62,090 bases of DNA, from assembly GCA_012838035.1 (NCBI GenBank), contig DUQB01000116.1, positions 1 to 62,090 of the forward strand, written 5' to 3'. Every line of letters starts with the position of its first letter. The stretch's first letter is position 1. The DNA is from Bacillota bacterium (lineage in GTDB: Bacteria > Bacillota > Limnochordia > DTU080). Position numbers and translations under genes: made by a program. The notes beneath the pieces were generated by a model. The model made no database searches and was not told the origin of the DNA. It saw only the letters and a list, made by a program, of their open reading frames with translations. Positions 61,605 to 62,090 of this stretch are shown here, piece after piece.

Positions 61605-62090
61605 TTAGTACTCAGCCAAGGCCCGCAGTGCCTCTTCCAACTGCCGACGTCCGGGCAACAACTGCATCTCCACTTGATGATTGAAGGGCATCATGGGAAT
61701 ATCCGGCGTAGCTAAGCGTTTTATAGGCGCATCTAAATAAAGGAAACAAGCGTCGGCGATGATGGCTGCAATTTCGCCGCCTAATCCGCCGGTAAGGTTG
61801 TCTTCGTGAGCAATCAGCACTTTACCGGTTTTGCGTACCGAAGCGCAGATGCCTTCCACATCCAGCGGCGCTAGAGTCCGCAAGTCCAGCACCTCAATGG
61901 AGTACCCTTCCGTGCTGAGACTCTCCGCCGCCTGCAGAGCATCGTGCACCATCATCCCATAGGTAATCACGGTAACGTCGTTACCTGGTCGTTTAACATC
62001 GGCTAAACCGATGGGGATGACGTAGTCCTCATCGGGGACTTCTCCTTTTACTCCGCGGTAACTACGTTTGTGCTCTAAAAAGAGCACGGG
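61605..62090 (-). CDS. 2-oxoacid dehydrogenase E1 beta subunit (5' part outside the window)
   Basis: FLEHKR.Y, DLRTL.PLD, HED...GG.G.EIAA and LDAPIKR motifs. Confidence 0.9.
   Translation of the reverse strand, partial: PVLFLEHKRSYRGVKGEVPDEDYVIPIGLADVKRPGNDVTVITYGMMVHDALQAAESLSTEGYSIEVLDLRTLAPLDVEGICASVRKTGKVLIAHEDNLTGGLGGEIAAIIADACFLYLDAPIKRLATPDIPMMPFNHQVEMQLLPGRRQLEEALRALAEY

Noticed and set aside
1-62090. CRISPR arrays, IS elements, integrases, prophage or defence genes, tRNA/rRNA
   Set aside because: By eye I found no regularly spaced repeats, transposase or integrase motifs, or tRNA/rRNA signatures; a computational scan could still find short elements.

Overview
A housekeeping and metabolic chromosomal segment of a Bacillota (Firmicutes) bacterium, probably anaerobic. 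Supporting signs are sigmaA-type promoters, T-box riboswitches, the cdaA-cdaR-glmM module and glnR-glnA. Most genes are on the minus strand. In order of position: whiA(partial)/yvcK/rapZ/PHP/glycogen debranching enzyme, lpdA, glnRA, alr/nnr/acpS/glmM/cdaR/cdaA, cimA/leuA/ilvC/ilvN/ilvB under a Leu T-box, ybjQ, ilvD/flavodoxin-like/aminotransferase under tandem (probably Ala) T-boxes, an archaeal-type ADP-dependent sugar kinase, argCJBDGH with an ArgR palindrome, methyltransferase/exonuclease/deoC/5-FCL-HAD fusion/lipA, two thioredoxins, an AraC regulator, a Ski2/HelY-like helicase, queG, a two-chain 2-oxoacid:ferredoxin oxidoreductase, an accessory block (HEAT protein, secreted protein, Prok-RING-TM-SBP fusion, DUF2267-like), 6S RNA, an MBL hydrolase, an M42 peptidase, lipB and branched-chain 2-oxoacid dehydrogenase E2/E1-beta. 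I saw no mobile elements, CRISPR arrays, tRNAs or rRNAs. The most interesting candidates are the RING-finger/TM/solute-binding fusion with its neighbouring HEAT gene and structured leader, the tandem Ala T-box operon, the 5-FCL/HAD-IIA fusion, the bacterial ADP-dependent kinase and a hairpin-bridged Shine-Dalgarno on a thioredoxin gene. All calls come from motif recognition by eye; no database searches were run.
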